Shown here piece by piece: positions 21,006 to 31,366 of a stretch of DNA of 64,000 nucleotides. A model generated the notes under the pieces. That model saw nothing but the letters and a program-made list of their open reading frames with translations, had not been told where the DNA came from and did not search any database. This stretch comes from an archaeon (GTDB lineage: Archaea > Undinarchaeota > CAZHTU01 > JBDRCC01). The stretch covers positions 32,001 through 96,000 of the forward strand of contig JBDRCC010000007.1 of the NCBI GenBank assembly GCA_043822065.1. The letters are read 5' to 3'. Both the position numbers and the translations under genes were made by a program. Every line of letters starts with the position of its first letter. The stretch's first letter is position 1.

Positions 21006-21895
21006 TGGCGATAGAACGACATTTTATTGACGAGAACGTGAAGAAGCTTGTGGTCAAGAAGTTCACTGAGAAGAAGCTCGAGAGGGTCGGCTGCGGCAAC
21101 GTCATGATATACCGCACCCCGCTCGGAATGCGGGTCACCATATTCGCAGAAAAGCCAGGTCTTGTCATAGGTAGGAAAGGCAAGAGCGTACAGGAGCTAA
21201 CAGACATATTCCGCGAAGACTTCAAGCTGGAGAATCCGCAGATAGAGGTTCAGCAGATAGAAATTCCTGAACACAACGCCAACCTGATGGCTCAGAGGGT
21301 CGCCTCAGCGCTTGAGCGCGGAATAGCCTTCAGGCGCGCCGCCTACTCCGTGATAAGGCGCGTAATGGCATCCGGCGCCCTTGGAATCGAAGTCATAATA
21401 TCTGGCAAGCTAAGCGGCGAAAGGGCGAAGTCAGCCAAGTTCAAGGAAGGCTTCATACTTCACACCGGCGAGATATGCGACCGGGTTGTCCTGAAGGGCT
21501 ACGCCGTCGCTAGGCTGAAGCCAGGTATCCAGGGCGTACGCGTCAAGATAGTCCCGCCTGGCGTATCAGCCAAAAGCATAATCGAAAAACCGCTTCCGTC
21601 TGAGGTGCAGAAGCCGGCGGCAGAAGAGCCCGCAGCAAAGGCGCCCGCCGAGGCGTCAGCTGAGGCGCCAGAGGGAAAAGCGGCTGAACCCAAGGCGGAA
21701 GAGAAAAAAGCGCCGAAAGCCGCAGAAAGCAAGGACGCGAAGAAAGCGCCAGCTTCAGAGGAGAAATCCGAGACGACGCCAAAAGCAAAGGCTGAGAAGA
21801 AATCCAAAGAAGCGCCCGCAGCCGAGAAAAAAGTGTCAAAGGAAAAAGAGAAAAAGGCTCCGGCGAAACAAGAAACGAAGGAGTCAAAGTCCTAA
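21005..21895 (+). CDS. rps3: 30S ribosomal protein S3 (uS3) with long A/E/K/P-rich tail
   Basis: RTPLG, KPGLVIGRKG, LERGIAFRRA, SGKLSGERA. Confidence 0.98.
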   Translation: MAIERHFIDENVKKLVVKKFTEKKLERVGCGNVMIYRTPLGMRVTIFAEKPGLVIGRKGKSVQELTDIFREDFKLENPQIEVQQIEIPEHNANLMAQRVASALERGIAFRRAAYSVIRRVMASGALGIEVIISGKLSGERAKSAKFKEGFILHTGEICDRVVLKGYAVARLKPGIQGVRVKIVPPGVSAKSIIEKPLPSEVQKPAAEEPAAKAPAEASAEAPEGKAAEPKAEEKKAPKAAESKDAKKAPASEEKSETTPKAKAEKKSKEAPAAEKKVSKEKEKKAPAKQETKESKS

Positions 21896-21896
21896 A

Positions 21897-22094
21897 ATGG
21901 CAATACTCAGGTCCAAAGAGATCCGGCAAATGAAGCCTGCGGAAGTTTCCGCGAAGCTTGACGAGCTGAAGCAGACGCTCATGGAAGAGCGGTCTAAGCT
22001 CACAGCCGTCGGCGCCGCTGACAACCCCGGGAAACTAAGGGAAATCAGAAGGACAATAGCTAGGGCAGAAACCATCCGGAGAGAATCCAAGTAA
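21897..22094 (+). CDS. rpl29: 50S ribosomal protein L29 (uL29)
   Basis: [24 protein letters not shown]. Confidence 0.97.
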   Translation: MAILRSKEIRQMKPAEVSAKLDELKQTLMEERSKLTAVGAADNPGKLREIRRTIARAETIRRESK

Positions 22095-22402
22095 TGCCGG
22101 AAATCTGTCAGGTCTGCGGTCTGCCAAAGGAACTCTGCATCTGCCAGGAGCTGGCAAGGGAAAAGCAGAGAATCAAGGTCTATGTCCTGAAAAGGAAGTA
22201 CGGGAAGCTCATGACCGTCGTCGAAGGCTTCGACGAAAAGGAGATAGATGCAAAAGAGCTCACAAAAGGGCTGAAGGCGAAATGCGCCTGCGGCGGGACC
22301 TTCAAGGAAGGCCACGTCGAGCTCCAAGGCGACCACAGGAACAAGGTGAAAAACCACCTCGTATCGCTCGGGTTTTCCGAGTCAATGGTCGAAGTGAGAT
22401 GA
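22094..22402 (+). CDS. Translation initiation factor aIF1 (SUI1)
   Basis: [30 protein letters not shown]. Confidence 0.96.
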   Translation: MPEICQVCGLPKELCICQELAREKQRIKVYVLKRKYGKLMTVVEGFDEKEIDAKELTKGLKAKCACGGTFKEGHVELQGDHRNKVKNHLVSLGFSESMVEVR

Positions 22403-22662
22403 GGTCGAAGGAAAACCTCCACCAGCACGAGCTCATAGGGCTCAAGGTGGAAGTTGCCGAGTCCTCTAATACGGCCCTCATGGGGCTGAAGGGAACGGTC
22501 GCGGACGAGACGAGAAACATGCTCGTCGTTGATTCCGGCGGGATGAAAAAAGTCCCGAAAGCCGACTGCACCTTCCGGTTCCCGGAGTACGGGGTCAGCA
22601 TCGAGGGAAAAATCCTCGTCGCGCGCCCTGAAGACAGGATAAAGAAAAGGTTCGAAAAATGA
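22399..22662 (+). CDS. rnp1: Ribonuclease P protein component 1 (Rpp29)
   Basis: [28 protein letters not shown]; ATGA overlap. Confidence 0.95.
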   Translation: MRSKENLHQHELIGLKVEVAESSNTALMGLKGTVADETRNMLVVDSGGMKKVPKADCTFRFPEYGVSIEGKILVARPEDRIKKRFEK

Positions 22663-22961
22663 CAGAAACAAAGAAAGCGGAAAAAAAGAAGGAAACTCCC
22701 AGCGTGGGCTATGCAACCCGCGGTTCGCAGTTCCAGGGGATAGTCGTCAGCACAAAGATGCAGAAGACCGCGACCGTCAGAATCGAGCACGTCCGCAAGA
22801 TCCAGAAATACGACCGGCTTGAGAAGAGGAGCAAGAAAGTAGCCGCCCACAACCCAGAGTCAATAAATGCAAAGCAGGGCGACCTCGTCCTAATCCAGGA
22901 GTGCAGGCCGATAAGCAAGACAAAATCATTCATAATCACAAAGGTGGTATCGCATGGTTAA
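22659..22961 (+). CDS. rps17: 30S ribosomal protein S17 (uS17)
   Basis: [25 protein letters not shown]. Confidence 0.97.
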   Translation: MTETKKAEKKKETPSVGYATRGSQFQGIVVSTKMQKTATVRIEHVRKIQKYDRLEKRSKKVAAHNPESINAKQGDLVLIQECRPISKTKSFIITKVVSHG

Positions 22962-23376
22962 GCGGGTCTCGAAGGTCCACGCAAAGCCAATTGCAGTGGC
23001 GCCGAAATACCTGCCGATAGGTGCACGGCTCGTCTGCGCCGATAACTCCGGCGCAAGGATTGTGGAGATAATCTCCGTCCACGGCCACAAAGGTCGTCAC
23101 AGGAGAATAGCGTCGGCTGGTGTCGGCGACATGGTAAACTGCACAGTAAAGAAGGGGAATCAGGACCTCAGGGGAGAGGTTTTCCAGGCGATAGTCATCC
23201 GCCAGAAAAAGGAATACAAGCGCGTGGACGGCACAAGAATCAAGTTCGAGGACAACGCCGCAGTACTAACTACTGCGGACGGAGACCTTAAGGGCACAGA
23301 GATAAAAGGCCCGGTGGCCAAAGAGGCGGCAACTAAGTGGCCGGGCATATCCGGCGCAGGAGCACTGCTCGCATGA
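22954..23376 (+). CDS. rpl14: 50S ribosomal protein L14 (uL14)
   Basis: [27 protein letters not shown]. Confidence 0.98.
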   Translation: MVKRVSKVHAKPIAVAPKYLPIGARLVCADNSGARIVEIISVHGHKGRHRRIASAGVGDMVNCTVKKGNQDLRGEVFQAIVIRQKKEYKRVDGTRIKFEDNAAVLTTADGDLKGTEIKGPVAKEAATKWPGISGAGALLA

Positions 23377-23708
23377 AGTCAAAACAGCCGAGAAAGCAGA
23401 GGTTTGCGCTGTTCAACGCGCCTCTGCACCTAAAGCAAAAAAAGCTCACTGCCCCGCTGAGCAAGGAGCTCAGGAAAACGAAGAAAAAGCGCTCCCTTCG
23501 GGTAAGGCGCGGCGACGAAGTCCAGGTATTGCGCGGAGCAAGCCGCAAGCGGCGCGGCGAGGTGCAATTCGTTGACTGCAAGAGGGGCAAGATATTCGTC
23601 AAGAATATCACCAAGAAAAAGACCGACTCTTCCGAGGTAATGGTCTCGCTTGAGCCGTCAAATGTCATGATAGTGAAACTCAATGAAGACGACAAACGGA
23701 GGTTTTAA
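23373..23708 (+). CDS. rpl24: 50S ribosomal protein L24 (uL24)
   Basis: [31 protein letters not shown]. Confidence 0.96.
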   Translation: MKSKQPRKQRFALFNAPLHLKQKKLTAPLSKELRKTKKKRSLRVRRGDEVQVLRGASRKRRGEVQFVDCKRGKIFVKNITKKKTDSSEVMVSLEPSNVMIVKLNEDDKRRF

Positions 23709-24388
23709 TGCACCTTAAGAGAACCTGTTCGCCAACATTTTGGCCCATAATACGGAAGCAGAAAACATGGGCGGTCAGGCCGGCTTCTCGCGGATTCATG
23801 CTTAACGAGTCTATGCCTCTGCTCCTGGTAATCCGGGATGTCCTTGGCGAGACAAAGACGCTTAGGGAGACAAAGAAGCTCCTTAACCAGGGTGTTGTCA
23901 CAGTCAACGGCAAGGACCGGACGGATTACCGGTTCCCGGTAGGCCTCTTTGACATAATACACATAACGCCGATTAAAAAAACTTACATCGTCGTCCCGTC
24001 CAAGAAAGGAATTGGGATAAAGGAGACTAAGCCGGCAAGCTCAGCTCTCATGAAGATAACGAACAAGGTAGCAAACGGCAAGGACGCTTACCAGTACACG
24101 TTCCACAATGGGATGACCATTAACCTGAACAAGAGCTACAAGATAGGCGACTCGCTCGTCATCGGCTTCGACGGAAAGGTCCAGGGCTCTTTTGAGATGA
24201 AAGAAGGCACCTACGCAGTAATCACTGGCGGAAGGCGGCGCGGCGCCCAGGGAAAAATTACGTCAATAACCCTACCTGCCTTCACCGGCTCTAAAATGGT
24301 TGCAATAGAGGGCGAGGGCGGCTCGTACATCACAAAATATGATTATGTCTTCCCATGCGGAAAGGCAAAGCCGGAGGTTGACTTATGA
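23708..24388 (+). CDS. rps4e: 30S ribosomal protein S4e
   Basis: HLKR...WPIIRK, DYRFPVGLFD, VITGG. Confidence 0.96.
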   Translation: MHLKRTCSPTFWPIIRKQKTWAVRPASRGFMLNESMPLLLVIRDVLGETKTLRETKKLLNQGVVTVNGKDRTDYRFPVGLFDIIHITPIKKTYIVVPSKKGIGIKETKPASSALMKITNKVANGKDAYQYTFHNGMTINLNKSYKIGDSLVIGFDGKVQGSFEMKEGTYAVITGGRRRGAQGKITSITLPAFTGSKMVAIEGEGGSYITKYDYVFPCGKAKPEVDL

Positions 24389-24897
24389 ACAAGATGGCTG
24401 AGCCTAAGATAGACAAGATATGCCTGAACATGGGCGTAGGGGAGAGCGGGGAGCCGCTGACCAAGGCCATGAAGGTTCTCACAGACCTTACTGGAAAGAA
24501 CCCAGTGAAGACATTCGCAAAGGCGACCGTGCCCGGCTTTGGCGTAAGGCAGAATCAGGAAATAGGCTGCAAGGTCACGCTACGGAACGAAGCCGCAGAG
24601 AACTTCCTTAGGAAAGCATTCAAGACTGTCGGGAACAAGCTTTCTCCAAAGTGCTTCGACAAGAACGGGAACTTTTCATTCGGCGTCTCTGAGCACATAG
24701 AACTTGAGGGAATGCGCTACGACCCGAAGATTGGGATATTCGGGTTTGACGTCGCCGTCAACCTCATCCGCCCCGGCTACCGCATTGCAAAGCGGAAGAA
24801 ATCCAAATCAAAGATTGGGAACAAGCACAAGCTGACTCCCGCAGACTCAATGGAATACGTAAAAAACAAATTCGGGGTGACTATCGGTGGCAAATAG
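24385..24897 (+). CDS. rpl5: 50S ribosomal protein L5 (uL5)
   Basis: NMGVGESGE, IGCKVTLR, GNFSFG, YDPKIGIFG. Confidence 0.98.
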   Translation: MNKMAEPKIDKICLNMGVGESGEPLTKAMKVLTDLTGKNPVKTFAKATVPGFGVRQNQEIGCKVTLRNEAAENFLRKAFKTVGNKLSPKCFDKNGNFSFGVSEHIELEGMRYDPKIGIFGFDVAVNLIRPGYRIAKRKKSKSKIGNKHKLTPADSMEYVKNKFGVTIGGK

Positions 24898-25033
24898 GAC
24901 ATGCGGCAAAGCCGTCAGGTGCTGCAGGATATGCGGCACAAGCGAGCGGCTGATTCGCTCATATGGGCTTTACATATGCGGACGTTGCTTCAGGGAGGTA
25001 GCAAGGGACGTCGGCTTCAAGAAATACTCCTAA
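24887..25033 (+). CDS. rps14: 30S ribosomal protein S14 (uS14, Zn-binding); absent from the supplied ORF track
   Basis: Translated by hand from GTG: MANRTCGKAVRCCRICGTSERLIRSYGLYICGRCFREVARDVGFKKYS; canonical slot between L5 and S8. Confidence 0.95.
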   Translation: MANRTCGKAVRCCRICGTSERLIRSYGLYICGRCFREVARDVGFKKYS

Positions 25034-25034
25034 A

Positions 25035-25412
25035 ATGAGACACGACCTACTCGCGGACGCAATGTCTGCAATAAAAAACGCGGAAAGAATGGGAATGCAT
25101 GAGCTTAAGGTTCCCTCTAGCAACCTTCTGAAAGACGTTCTTGGCGTCTTCAAGAAGGAAGGTTACATCGAGGACTACTCCTCGGAGGGCGCATACTCCC
25201 TTAAGGTCAAGCTTGCGAAGAAAATAACTGACTGCGGAGTCATAAAGCCGCGGTACTCAATAAACAAGAACACATACACCAAGTGGGAGAAGCGGTACCT
25301 TCCGTCGAGGGACTTCGGCATACTTGTCCTGTCGACACCGAAGGGCGTCATGACGCACCGCGAAGCCAAGGACAAGAACCAGGGGGGTGTCTTGCTCTCG
25401 TTCGTATACTAA
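25035..25412 (+). CDS. rps8: 30S ribosomal protein S8 (uS8)
   Basis: CGVIKPRY, WEKRYLPS, STPKGVMTH. Confidence 0.98.
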   Translation: MRHDLLADAMSAIKNAERMGMHELKVPSSNLLKDVLGVFKKEGYIEDYSSEGAYSLKVKLAKKITDCGVIKPRYSINKNTYTKWEKRYLPSRDFGILVLSTPKGVMTHREAKDKNQGGVLLSFVY

Positions 25413-25413
25413 C

Positions 25414-25941
25414 ATGAAATCCACAATAAAAATCCCTGACGGCGTTCAGGTAAGCGTTCAGCGAAAGAAGGTAACCGTCAAGGGCAAGAAGGGCGAGCTC
25501 ACTAGGCAGTTTGTATGCCCCACCATAAAGATTGAAGTCGCCGGAGACCAGGTCATCGTCACCTGCGAGTCTGCCAGGAAAGCAAAAAAGGCAACTGTCG
25601 GCACAATAGCTGCGCACGTAAAAAACATGATAATCGGCGTAACCAATGGGTACAAGTACTCGCTTCGCGCAGTTTATGCGCACTTCCCTATGGTGTGCAA
25701 GGTCCAGGGAAGCAAGTTCCTGATTGACAACTTCCTCGGCGAGAAATATCCGCGGAAGACAAATGTGCCGGCGGGCGTAGAAATCAAGATCAGCGGCCAG
25801 GACCTAACCGTCCTCGGCTTAAACAAAGAGGCAGTCGGAATTGCCGCTTCAAGGATAGAGCAGCTGACAAAGCTCAAGACGAGGGACAGGCGGGTTTTCC
25901 AGGACGGAATCTATCTCACAAAGAGGGAGTTGGCAGAATGA
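25414..25941 (+). CDS. rpl6: 50S ribosomal protein L6 (uL6)
   Basis: AHVKNMIIGV, YAHFPM, NFLGEK, DRRVFQDGIY. Confidence 0.98.
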   Translation: MKSTIKIPDGVQVSVQRKKVTVKGKKGELTRQFVCPTIKIEVAGDQVIVTCESARKAKKATVGTIAAHVKNMIIGVTNGYKYSLRAVYAHFPMVCKVQGSKFLIDNFLGEKYPRKTNVPAGVEIKISGQDLTVLGLNKEAVGIAASRIEQLTKLKTRDRRVFQDGIYLTKRELAE

Positions 25942-26294
25942 CGTTACTAGAGCTAAGGAAAAAGATTCAGGCAAGACGGAGCTATACGTGCAAGCGGGGC
26001 CACTGGAAGAAGTACGGCACCGGCTGGAACAAGCCGAAAGGAATCCACTCAAAGCTCAGGCAGCACTGGAAGAGCAGGGGCAAATACCCCTCAACCGGAG
26101 ACGGCTCGCCGGCAGAGGTCAGGGGCCTTAACCCGAAAGGCTTCAACGACGTCCGAATATCAAACCCCGCACAGCTGCAGGCTCTAAATCCAAAGACTGA
26201 CGCAGTCCTGATTGCGTCCTCGGTCGGCTTCAAAAAGCGCCAGATCATACTCAAGAAGGCTGACGAGCTCAAGCTGGAGGTTTCAAACAGATGA
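25938..26294 (+). CDS. rpl32e: 50S ribosomal protein L32e
   Basis: WNKPKGIHSKLR, SPAEVRGLNPKG, IASSVG. Confidence 0.93.
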   Translation: MTLLELRKKIQARRSYTCKRGHWKKYGTGWNKPKGIHSKLRQHWKSRGKYPSTGDGSPAEVRGLNPKGFNDVRISNPAQLQALNPKTDAVLIASSVGFKKRQIILKKADELKLEVSNR

Positions 26295-26713
26295 AGACCC
26301 AGAAACGGCTTGCGGCATCGCTGCTCAAATGCGGCGTAAAGAGGATACGGGTAAACCCAGCGGACGAGGAAGTCCAGATGGCCCTTACCCGCGATGACAT
26401 CCGCGCAGCAATCGCTAGGAAGGCAATATACAAAGTCAAATCAAACCAGCAGTCCCGCGTCAGGGCAAGAAAAATAAAGCTCGCAAGGAAAAAAGGCAGG
26501 TCCTCTGGCCACGGCAGGCGCAAAGGGCCAGCCGGCGCAAGGGAGCCGTCCAAACAGCAGTGGGTCAGGCGCATACGCGCAATACGGGACGAGCTGAGGA
26601 AGATGAAGGCCGAGGGCAAGATAACGCCGCACGAGTACAGGCGGCTCTTCAGGCTTTCAAAGGCAGGCGTCATCCATCACAGGGCTCACGCCAGGAGCAT
26701 GGGGGGTAAATAA
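26291..26713 (+). CDS. rpl19e: 50S ribosomal protein L19e
   Basis: QKRLAASLLKCG, GHGRRKG..GAR, WVRRIRAIR. Confidence 0.97.
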   Translation: MKTQKRLAASLLKCGVKRIRVNPADEEVQMALTRDDIRAAIARKAIYKVKSNQQSRVRARKIKLARKKGRSSGHGRRKGPAGAREPSKQQWVRRIRAIRDELRKMKAEGKITPHEYRRLFRLSKAGVIHHRAHARSMGGK

Positions 26714-27279
26714 TGGCACAAGGTCCAAGGTACAGGGTAATGTTCAGGAGAAGGCGCAAGGGCAAGACAGACTACACTGCGCGGCTGGGTATGCTTAGGG
26801 GCAACCTCCCGCGATTCGTTGTACGGTCCACGAACAGCAGGATACTCTGCCAGCTAGTTGACTACTCAAAAGAAGGCGACAAGACGACCGCATCCGTTGG
26901 AAGCGACGCCCTGAAGCAGTACGGCTGGAAGGCCGGCGGCGCAAACACATCCGCAGCCTACCTCACTGGCCTCCTGCTGGGAAAGAAGTCCGGCGCCAAG
27001 AAAGCCATACTTGACATCGGGTTGAGCACTTCCGTCAAGGGCGCAAAGGTGTACGCCGCTGCAAAAGGGCTTCAGGACGCAGGCGTCGAAATAGCCATAG
27101 GCGACGTAGTCCCGGACGAATCAAGAATAAGCGGCACTCATGTTCAGGAATATGCAAAATCGCTTCCTGAGGAGGAGCGCAAGAAGCGTTTCTCGCTTTA
27201 CTACAAAAACAGCATAGACCCGACTAAGCTCGTTGACCATTTCAACGCAGTCAAGGTCAAGATAGAAGGTGCAAAATGA
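26713..27279 (+). CDS. rpl18: 50S ribosomal protein L18 (uL18)
   Basis: RRRRKGKTDY, AAYLTGLLLG, AILDIGL. Confidence 0.97.
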   Translation: MAQGPRYRVMFRRRRKGKTDYTARLGMLRGNLPRFVVRSTNSRILCQLVDYSKEGDKTTASVGSDALKQYGWKAGGANTSAAYLTGLLLGKKSGAKKAILDIGLSTSVKGAKVYAAAKGLQDAGVEIAIGDVVPDESRISGTHVQEYAKSLPEEERKKRFSLYYKNSIDPTKLVDHFNAVKVKIEGAK

Positions 27280-27950
27280 GGCGCAGACGCTCAAATATGC
27301 AAAAAAGAGGCCCCAGAAAAGACGACGTGGCTGTCGAGTGGATACCAAAAACTGCCCTCGGAAAGCTTGTCAAGGCAGGTGAAATAACCTCTGTCGATGA
27401 GATATTCAAGAAGGGAATCAAGATACGTGAGGCTGAAATAGTCGACCACCTGATCCCAGACATGGAGGAGAGCGTCGTCGGCATTGGAATGGCGTCCAGG
27501 CCTTTTAAGATGGTCCAGAGGATGACTGACTCTGGCAGAAGGAGCAACTTCCTAGTGATCGTCATAGTCGGCAACGGCAACGGGTATGTTGGCCTTGGCC
27601 AGGGAAGGGCAAGAGAATACGGTCCTGCCCTCAGAAAGGCAATACGCAACGCAAAGCTCAATCTCATACACGTTCCTCGCGGCTGCGGCTCATGGGAATG
27701 CGGCTGCGGCGGGGGGCATTCCCTCCCTGTCGGCGTGTGGGGCAAGTCCGGCTCAATACGAATCCACCTCAAGGCGGCGCCAAAAGGGCTCGGCCTTGCG
27801 GCGAACAAGACAAGCTGCATCCTGCTCAAGCTCGCAGGCGTATCTGACATTTGGTCACAATGCCTTGGGCACACAAAATCGCGGGTCAACATGGCGAAAG
27901 CGACCTTCGACGCGCTTAACAACCTAAACAAGGTGAAGAACCTAAAATGA
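27276..27950 (+). CDS. rps5: 30S ribosomal protein S5 (uS5)
   Basis: WIPKTALGKLV, VQRMTDSGRR, RGCGSWEC, APKGLGL. Confidence 0.98.
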   Translation: MRRRRSNMQKRGPRKDDVAVEWIPKTALGKLVKAGEITSVDEIFKKGIKIREAEIVDHLIPDMEESVVGIGMASRPFKMVQRMTDSGRRSNFLVIVIVGNGNGYVGLGQGRAREYGPALRKAIRNAKLNLIHVPRGCGSWECGCGGGHSLPVGVWGKSGSIRIHLKAAPKGLGLAANKTSCILLKLAGVSDIWSQCLGHTKSRVNMAKATFDALNNLNKVKNLK

Positions 27951-28384
27951 AGCTGGCAATCGTAAGGATACGGAAGGGGGAGCCGAATCCCACTGCCAGG
28001 ACGACCCTTGAATGCATGAAGCTGACGCGGATTAACAACTGCATAATAATACCTGACACCAAGATTTACCTTGGCATGCTTCAGGCGATAAAGGACTACG
28101 TCACATGGGGTCCCGTGTCCGAAGACGGCATGATGGCGATACTCCCCAGGGCAAAGCCGGTCGGCATGACTCTTGAGGAATATCTCAAGAAAAACAAAAA
28201 GTCACTAAAGGACATTTCTTCTGCACTCCTCACGGACAAGTCCCTCAAGGAGCTCGGGCTCTCGCAGACAATAGGCCTTCACCCCCCGCGGGGCGGGCAC
28301 AAGTCAGTCAAGCGGGCGTACCCAAAGGGCGCGCTTGGCAACAGGAAGGACGCGATAAACAAGCTTCTCGTGAGGATGAGATAA
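27947..28384 (+). CDS. rpl30: 50S ribosomal protein L30 (uL30)
   Basis: KDYVTWG, LHPPRGG, GALGNRKDAINKL. Confidence 0.96.
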   Translation: MKLAIVRIRKGEPNPTARTTLECMKLTRINNCIIIPDTKIYLGMLQAIKDYVTWGPVSEDGMMAILPRAKPVGMTLEEYLKKNKKSLKDISSALLTDKSLKELGLSQTIGLHPPRGGHKSVKRAYPKGALGNRKDAINKLLVRMR

Positions 28385-28396
28385 TTAGAGGTTGAA

Positions 28397-28897
28397 ATGA
28401 CAGTAAAAATACGCTGCAAAAACATAAGGTTCAGGGGATACAGCACCCACGGGTGGGGCCACAAGAAGAAGCACCGCGGAGCCGGAAGCAGGGGCGGTCG
28501 CGGAAGGGCAGGCCTCCACAAGCACAAGTTCGTATACGCACTGGTCAATGGCTTGTTCCACAACGGCAGGCTGGCTGAATTCGGCTTCAAGTCAAAGCCA
28601 GCCCGTGAGGCGGTCCGTGTGATAAACCTGTTCCAGATTGAGGAGCTCGCCAAGGGAAGGCGGGAAGTCGACATCTCAGAGTACGGCTACGCGAAGGTCC
28701 TTGGCCGCGGCAGGCTTACAAAGCCGCTCACAATCAAGGCGGAATACTTCTCCGCGTCTGCAGTTGAAAAAATAAAGGCGGCAGGCGGAAAGGCAGTCGG
28801 CGCAGTCCAGGAAGAGGCGCCGGAGGAAGCCCTGCCTAAAGAGGAAAAGAAGGAAGAGAAGAAGGAATCCAAGCCTAAGGATAAAAAAGTTAAATAG
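28397..28897 (+). CDS. rpl15: 50S ribosomal protein L15 (uL15)
   Basis: THGWGHKKKHRGAGSRGGRG, KVLGRG, FSASAVEKIKAAGG. Confidence 0.97.
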   Translation: MTVKIRCKNIRFRGYSTHGWGHKKKHRGAGSRGGRGRAGLHKHKFVYALVNGLFHNGRLAEFGFKSKPAREAVRVINLFQIEELAKGRREVDISEYGYAKVLGRGRLTKPLTIKAEYFSASAVEKIKAAGGKAVGAVQEEAPEEALPKEEKKEEKKESKPKDKKVK

Positions 28898-28917
28898 GTT
28901 AACACATCCTACTCAAC

Positions 28918-30312
28918 ATGGGTATTTTAGATTATCTTCCAAAAGTCTCCGAGCCAAAGCGGAGCCTGACCTTCAAGGAGAAGATGAAGTGGACCGGGAT
29001 AATACTTATCCTCTACTTTATACTTGCGGAGGTTACCCTCTGGGGAATTGACCCGACCGCCACAGACTACTTTGAGTCCCTGAGGGCAATAATGGCCGGG
29101 CGGTTCGACTCAATAATCACCCTAGGCATAGGCCCAATCGTGATGGGCTCAATAGTGCTCCAGCTGCTTGCAGGGGCGAAGGTTCTGGAATTCGACCAAT
29201 CAACCTCGGAAGGCAGGGCGCTTTTCCAGGGGACCCAGAAGATTTTCGTCATTGGATTCATAATTTTTGAGGGCTTGGTCTTGGTCCTTTCCGGCCAGGT
29301 GCCGGCGGACCGGGCCCTTGGGGGAATCGCAGTCCCTGCCCTGATATTCCAGATAATGCTCGGCGCCACCCTCATCATGTTTATGGATGAGGTCTGCAGC
29401 AAATGGGGCTTCGGCTCGGGCGTCGGGCTGTTCATCGCGGCAGGCGTCTGCCAGCAGATATTCGTTGGCTCCCTGAACTGGATACCTGCCCACGCCGGCG
29501 AGGCAATACCGGGAGCCATACCATTCGCGCTTACTGCCCTGCGGGAGGGCCAGAGCTTCATGAACGTCTTTGTACGGTCTGGTGCGGGCGACCTCCTTGC
29601 GATATTCTCAACAGTTCTAGTCCTAATAGTCTCCATATACTCACAGGCAATGAAGGTCGAGCTTCCACTCGCCTACGGGAACATCCGCGGAATCGGCAGG
29701 AAATTCCCACTCCCATTCGTCTACGCGAGCAACATGCCCGTCATATTCACCGCCGCACTGCTTGCCAACATCCAGATATGGTTCGGCCTGCTGAACCGCG
29801 CAGGAGTCATCTCCCGCGCAACAATGGAGAAAATCCTGTTCTACCTGCTTCCGCACAGCAATTTTGGCGACCTTCTCGTCCTGCACATCGCCAAGGGCGG
29901 CGGAGTGCTTGGCGCCAGCAACATTATGGCTGCAGTTACCTATACAATCCTTATGGTCGTAGGCTCAATAGTATTCGCTTTCCTTTGGGTAAGCATGAGC
30001 AACATGGATGCAAAGTCCCTTGCTGAGAGGCTCACATCATCCGGCCTGCACAGGCCAGGCTTCCGCAAGGACCCGCGCGTCACAGAGAAAATCCTAGACC
30101 GCTTTGTGCCCCACATAACCCTGCTCGGAGGCGCCTTCGTCGGGCTTCTCGCGGCAGGCGCAACCCTGACCGGCGCTTTTGGAGGTGGCACTGGAGTCCT
30201 CCTTACTGCAGGAATAGTCTACAAGCTCTACGAGGACATAGCAAGCCAGCAGGCAATGGAGTCGCAGCCGTTGCTGAGGAAATTCATGGGCGAAACGTCC
30301 TTTGGAATATAA
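28918..30312 (+). CDS. secY: Preprotein translocase subunit SecY
   Basis: LGIGPIV, KWGFGSGVGLFIAAG, YASNMPVI, GFRKD, GTGVLL. Confidence 0.98.
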   Translation: MGILDYLPKVSEPKRSLTFKEKMKWTGIILILYFILAEVTLWGIDPTATDYFESLRAIMAGRFDSIITLGIGPIVMGSIVLQLLAGAKVLEFDQSTSEGRALFQGTQKIFVIGFIIFEGLVLVLSGQVPADRALGGIAVPALIFQIMLGATLIMFMDEVCSKWGFGSGVGLFIAAGVCQQIFVGSLNWIPAHAGEAIPGAIPFALTALREGQSFMNVFVRSGAGDLLAIFSTVLVLIVSIYSQAMKVELPLAYGNIRGIGRKFPLPFVYASNMPVIFTAALLANIQIWFGLLNRAGVISRATMEKILFYLLPHSNFGDLLVLHIAKGGGVLGASNIMAAVTYTILMVVGSIVFAFLWVSMSNMDAKSLAERLTSSGLHRPGFRKDPRVTEKILDRFVPHITLLGGAFVGLLAAGATLTGAFGGGTGVLLTAGIVYKLYEDIASQQAMESQPLLRKFMGETSFGI

Positions 30313-30313
30313 A

Positions 30314-30790
30314 ATGGGCATAGTATACACCATACTGAATCCTGTCCTGTCCCCCGTCCTCAGCCTTGGGACTATCTGGGCGATACTCACCCTTTCGATA
30401 ATAATCAACCTGATTTCGACATTACTCACCAAGGCCATGGTTGACACCAGGCGGATGAAGGAAATACAGGAGGAGCTCAAGAAATACCGCTCAAAGACAC
30501 TTGCCGCAGCCAAGTCTGGGGAGAAAGCCCAGGACAGTGCAGAGGAGCAGGCAAGGCTCATGGAGATGCAGCAGGAGATGATGAAGCTGCAGTTCCCGAT
30601 GTTCTTCACCATGATACCCATCCTGATAGTGTTCGTCTGGATGCGCGACGCGTTTATTGCAACTGGCGAAGTCATAACCCTGCCGTACACACTTCCAATC
30701 TGGGGCAACACCCTCGGCTGGATAGGGTGGTACATACTATGCTCGCTTCCCATGTCTTTGGTTATACGAAAGGGCCTGAGGGTGGCCTGA
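30314..30790 (+). CDS. DUF106/EMC3/TMCO1 (Oxa1 superfamily) membrane insertase
   Basis: TM-coiled coil-TM-TM layout, GWIGWYILCS, canonical position after secY. Confidence 0.92.
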   Translation: MGIVYTILNPVLSPVLSLGTIWAILTLSIIINLISTLLTKAMVDTRRMKEIQEELKKYRSKTLAAAKSGEKAQDSAEEQARLMEMQQEMMKLQFPMFFTMIPILIVFVWMRDAFIATGEVITLPYTLPIWGNTLGWIGWYILCSLPMSLVIRKGLRVA

Positions 30791-30835
30791 TGGCGGCACT
30801 ACCGTGCGCAACTGCAAACCCAGGAGTGATTTGAG

Positions 30836-31366
30836 ATGCGGATTGCACTTTCCGGCCCGCCTGGCTCAGGGAAAACAACGGTCGGCGAGATTATTGCCAA
30901 GCGGCTAAGCCTAAAATTTATTCCGGCAAGCCAGATATTCAGGGAAATGGCCAAGGAGCAGGGGATGCCGATAGAGCAATTCAACAAGTTCTGCGAGACC
31001 GACAAGGCGTTCGACAAGAAAATGGACGCGTCCCAGAAGAAGTACATGCTACAGGACAACGTTGTCATCGACAGCCGGCTCTCGGCGCACTTCATCACGA
31101 ACGCAGACTTCAAGGTCCACATCCGCGCTGACCTGAAGGAGCGTGCAAGGCGCGTTGCCGGGCGGGACAAAATGCCGCCAGCCGAGGCTGAAAAGAAGAT
31201 AACTGCCCGTGAGGCCAGCGAGCGCGCAAGGTACACGGAATACTACGGCATCGACATAACTGACCTGTCCATATACGACATAGTCCTAAATTCCACAAAA
31301 TGGACCGCTGACGAGGTTGCTGACATCATAGTAACAGCCATCAGACAGAAGGAGGTAAAAAAATGA
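30836..31366 (+). CDS. cmk: Cytidylate kinase (archaeal type)
   Basis: SGPPGSGKTT, IFREMA, DSRLSA, RYTEYYGID. Confidence 0.94.
   Translation: MRIALSGPPGSGKTTVGEIIAKRLSLKFIPASQIFREMAKEQGMPIEQFNKFCETDKAFDKKMDASQKKYMLQDNVVIDSRLSAHFITNADFKVHIRADLKERARRVAGRDKMPPAEAEKKITAREASERARYTEYYGIDITDLSIYDIVLNSTKWTADEVADIIVTAIRQKEVKK

Noticed and set aside
30789-30833. 14-codon ORF or L34e remnant between DUF106 and cmk
   Set aside because: Too short; resemblance to the L34e GGxLCxxC motif would need frameshifts.
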